A stretch of 38,688 nt of DNA. Origin: Fimbriimonadales bacterium (lineage in GTDB: Bacteria; Armatimonadota; Fimbriimonadia; Fimbriimonadales; JABRVX01). This document shows, in pieces, positions 37,946 through 38,688 of the stretch. The notes below the pieces were generated by a model. The model did not search any database, was not told the DNA's origin, and was given only the letters and a program-made list of their open reading frames with translations. Each line of letters begins with the position of its first letter. Within the stretch, counting starts at the first letter, position 1. The DNA lies in contig BTVI01000032.1 of assembly GCA_045862955.1 (NCBI GenBank), positions 1 to 38,688 on the forward strand, written 5' to 3'. A program made the position numbers and the translations under genes.

Positions 37946-38688
37946 TTCCATGCCTAGACGTTTCGGCTGCCGTCTGGCGCCACGCTATCGTGCAGCGACC
38001 ACGCGAGCAGCCGAACGTCGAGGCAACCGAGGTTTCCATGCCTGGACGTTTTCTCCATGCCCCGGCCCGCGTCCGCCGGTTGGCAGCACCGCGGTCACGA
38101 AGCGAACCCAAGGACCGCGCCGGGGCGAGAGACGGAACCCCCGCGTCGGTGCGCCCTCGCCGTCGGCATGGTGGCGGCCTCCGATGCAACGCCTGCGGCT
38201 TGCGGTTGCATGCTTCGACAAGCTCAGCATGACGAGTAGGAGTGTGACGGGAAGGGCGTGACGGGTAGGAGTGTGGCGGGAAGGGTGTGACGGGTAAGGT
38301 GTGACGGGAAGGGTGTGACGAGTAGGAGTGCGGCGGGAAGGGTGTGGTGGGTAGCCGGTGCGGCGGGTAGGGTGTGGCGGGTAGGGTGTGACGGGTAGGG
38401 GTGTGGTGGGTAGCCGGTGCGGCGGGAAAGGCTAGACAGTTAGGGGTGTTCGGTGTTGGCGTTGCCAGGTGTCGAGCCCGAACGATGTCATCGGAAGCCG
38501 TCCACCGGTCGCAATCAATACCGTCCTGATCAGCTTCGTCATGCTGAGCCTGTCGAAGCATGACCTCGTCGCCGCGCACTCCATGCCTAGACGTTTCGGC
38601 TGCCCTCTGGCGCCACGCTATCGTGCAGCGACCACCCGAGCAGCCGAACGTCGAGGCAACCGAGGTTTTCCATGCCTGGACGTTTTCT
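37946..38688. repeat. Mosaic REP/MITE-like array 5 with G-rich VNTR (runs off window end)
   Basis: Module D at 37951 and 38584, module B at 38057, REPs at ~38207(rc) and 38538, about 13 tandem GGGTGTGRCGGGWA units. Confidence 0.9.

Overview
GC-rich bacterial chromosomal window, probably Armatimonadota/Fimbriimonadia (inferred from gene content and protein style, not from a search). It is mostly housekeeping and signalling genes: mqnE, lepA, an isolated nusA, a beta-CASP nuclease, purL, trpB, YihY, PilZ, two sensor kinases, three ECF sigma factors, two zinc anti-sigmas with an RseB-like and a ZraP/Spy-like protein, and a coupled DUF4380-like/ADP-ribosylglycohydrolase/CopZ block next to a hemerythrin. 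Three things stand out. (1) An orphan three-repeat CRISPR-like mini-array with exact type I-E geometry (29+32 nt) at 27681-27831, with no cas genes in the window. (2) Two unrelated secreted proteases (S1 and C25/gingipain) share a ~140-aa C-terminal Ig-like + dockerin-like module, a candidate lineage-specific sorting or anchoring domain. (3) Nearly 5 kb of intergenic DNA is a mosaic of shuffled REP/MITE-like modules organised around a 27-bp palindrome (about 24 full copies), with G-rich VNTRs growing from it. Putative regulatory signals include a paired ECF promoter, a CRP/FNR-type box at about -41.5, a sigma54-like promoter and a nusA leader attenuator. Start codons were re-chosen by eye. All family calls come from motif recognition, with no database searches.
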